Position numbers and translations under genes: made by a program. From positions 1 through 16,226 of the forward strand of contig JADGIF010000168.1 of NCBI GenBank assembly GCA_018985225.1: a stretch of DNA of 16,226 nt, read 5' to 3'. This document shows positions 15,111-16,226 of the stretch, piece after piece. Positions within the stretch are counted from its first letter, which is position 1. Every line of letters begins with the position of its first letter. This DNA is from Amoeboradix gromovi X-113. Taxonomy: Eukaryota; Fungi; Sanchytriomycota. The notes under the pieces were generated by a model. The model made no database searches. It worked only from the letters and a program-made list of their open reading frames with translations, and was not told the origin of the DNA.

Positions 15111-15878
15111 ATGTCATCAAATTTAATGGATGGCACAAATATCATAGAATGGCATATTGATGGATGGTTTAAAGGAAGCTTCTGTGCGCTAGCAGGGTTA
15201 TCACTGTTTTTAGCTATACCTGGAATATTTGAGAGAAGCGGAAGCAGTATATTAAACGTCATTTTAGTCTTTTTCACGTCGATTGCAGTTTCCATAAGAC
15301 CCACACGAATGGTATACATATCAAAGCAGTGCTACACTATCTCGTTACTGTATTGGTCAACGAACTCGGTGTTTATGGGGCTATTGTTTTGCTATTTTGG
15401 ATTACGTTTTGAAAATGTACAAAAGGTGTTCTACTTCATCGGAAGTATTGTAACAGTCTCATCCATTACTTCCTTGTTGGGTTACCACAACTACTGTCCA
15501 AATGGTATGCTGATGGATGAATACTTTGATGTTTCTACTTCTTATCATGGAGCTACTCTAGCTCTGAGCTCATGTTTCTCCATTTATATTATGGTTAAAG
15601 AATTTAAAGGTAAATTAGTTATCGAAGAAGACAAAAGACTTACTCGGATCCACTTGCTAAGTGTCGCTACCCTTTATATTTCAGCAGTTCTCGCATTGCT
15701 TACTAGCGTGTTCTCATTTACTTCCTTTATGAACCTTAGAATTCTCTGCATGTTTTCCTCCATATATGCTGTTACTATATCCCAACTTTCAATGCTACTA
15801 TATAAATCATTAAAACAAGATACCGCAGTTATCGGCAAAACAAGCCCAAGTCCATCTAACAATAGACTAAACAAATAA
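15111..15878 (+). CDS. seven-transmembrane, GPCR-like membrane protein
   Basis: Seven hydrophobic segments; Cys at the start of TM3 (KQC) and in the loop after TM4 (NYC); LRF at the end of TM3; basic loop between TM5 and TM6; short polar tail. Confidence 0.6.
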   Translation: MSSNLMDGTNIIEWHIDGWFKGSFCALAGLSLFLAIPGIFERSGSSILNVILVFFTSIAVSIRPTRMVYISKQCYTISLLYWSTNSVFMGLLFCYFGLRFENVQKVFYFIGSIVTVSSITSLLGYHNYCPNGMLMDEYFDVSTSYHGATLALSSCFSIYIMVKEFKGKLVIEEDKRLTRIHLLSVATLYISAVLALLTSVFSFTSFMNLRILCMFSSIYAVTISQLSMLLYKSLKQDTAVIGKTSPSPSNNRLNK

Positions 15879-15965
15879 ATTTAACATACTCATGAGCAAG
15901 CCTATGGTCGTCGCTAACACTTTTCTCTAACAATTACATAATCTCTACGTAAAGCAGACCATGGG

Positions 15966-15984
15966 GTAAGTGGCGACTAACAAG
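15966..15984 (+). other. candidate 19-nt spliceosomal intron just after an ATG
   Basis: ACC ATG GG|GTAAGTGGCGACTAACAAG|A: perfect GTAAGT donor, GACTAAC branch point, AAG acceptor; the spliced ORF is only 27 codons. Confidence 0.35.
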
Positions 15985-16226
15985 AATAATTGAGCTATTG
16001 CATGTCAAAAACATCAACACAATGGCTGCAAATTTTGTTTTACATTCGAGACATCAAATATGAAAACTGGACTAACTTTCTGTAACAACTTGGAACATTA
16101 TTTCAGCTTTATTAATTTTATGGATTTAAGAGGCGAGTGGACATTCAGCTAGTTGCGGAGTTGACGAGTATGAAAGGAAAATAAATATTCTGTACAGCTA
16201 TTCTCTTACTCTTTCATCCAATCTTT

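Noticed and set aside
1502-15874. Short ORFs overlapping larger genes (1502-1729, 1558-1791, 2517-2714, 3968-4225, 4180-4401, 4431-4670, 4673-4864, 6604-6789, 9371-9586, 9629-9829, 11833-12036, 12455-12670, 12938-13153, 15092-15319, 15674-15874)
   Set aside because: Antisense or alternate-frame shadows of well-supported genes with no recognisable motifs.
140-15878. Functional gene cluster or operon-like pathway
   Set aside because: Neighbouring genes have unrelated functions (sugar hydrolysis, ER, axoneme, CoQ, SUMO, B12); adjacency reflects compaction.
1-16226. Non-standard genetic code (TAA/TAG as Gln, or TGA reassignment)
   Set aside because: Conserved proteins of 560+ aa have no in-frame stops, TAA ends genes at the expected C-termini, and UBC9 ends at TGA at the normal length. 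The lone TAG at 110 is better explained as a splice acceptor.

Overview
AT-rich, very gene-dense eukaryotic nuclear DNA with 14 credible, almost intron-free protein-coding genes in 16.2 kb and several intergenic spacers of only 29-57 bp. In order: GH37 trehalase, PAN/Apple membrane protein, signal peptidase subunit SPC12, PacC/Rim101-like C2H2 factor, RIB43A axonemal protein, Rieske/AIF-like oxidoreductase, LRR (LRGUK-like) protein, a 123-aa orphan, a short TMC-like membrane protein, COQ8, UBC9, a 91-aa orphan, MMADHC/CblD and a 7TM GPCR-like protein. A fungal-type PacC finger set plus flagellar, cobalamin and TMC-like genes suggests a zoosporic early-diverging fungus or close relative with a compacted genome (inference). 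The strongest non-coding pattern is that all 11 TAA-terminated genes have AATAAA overlapping the stop (9) or within 2 nt of it (2), which biases the last residue to Lys/Gln. There are also candidate ultra-short (19-33 nt) spliceosomal introns and an unexplained 1.2-kb gap carrying a motif with ~54-nt periodicity. I recognised no rRNA, tRNA, CRISPR array or transposon. All family assignments come from motif recognition by eye, not database searches.
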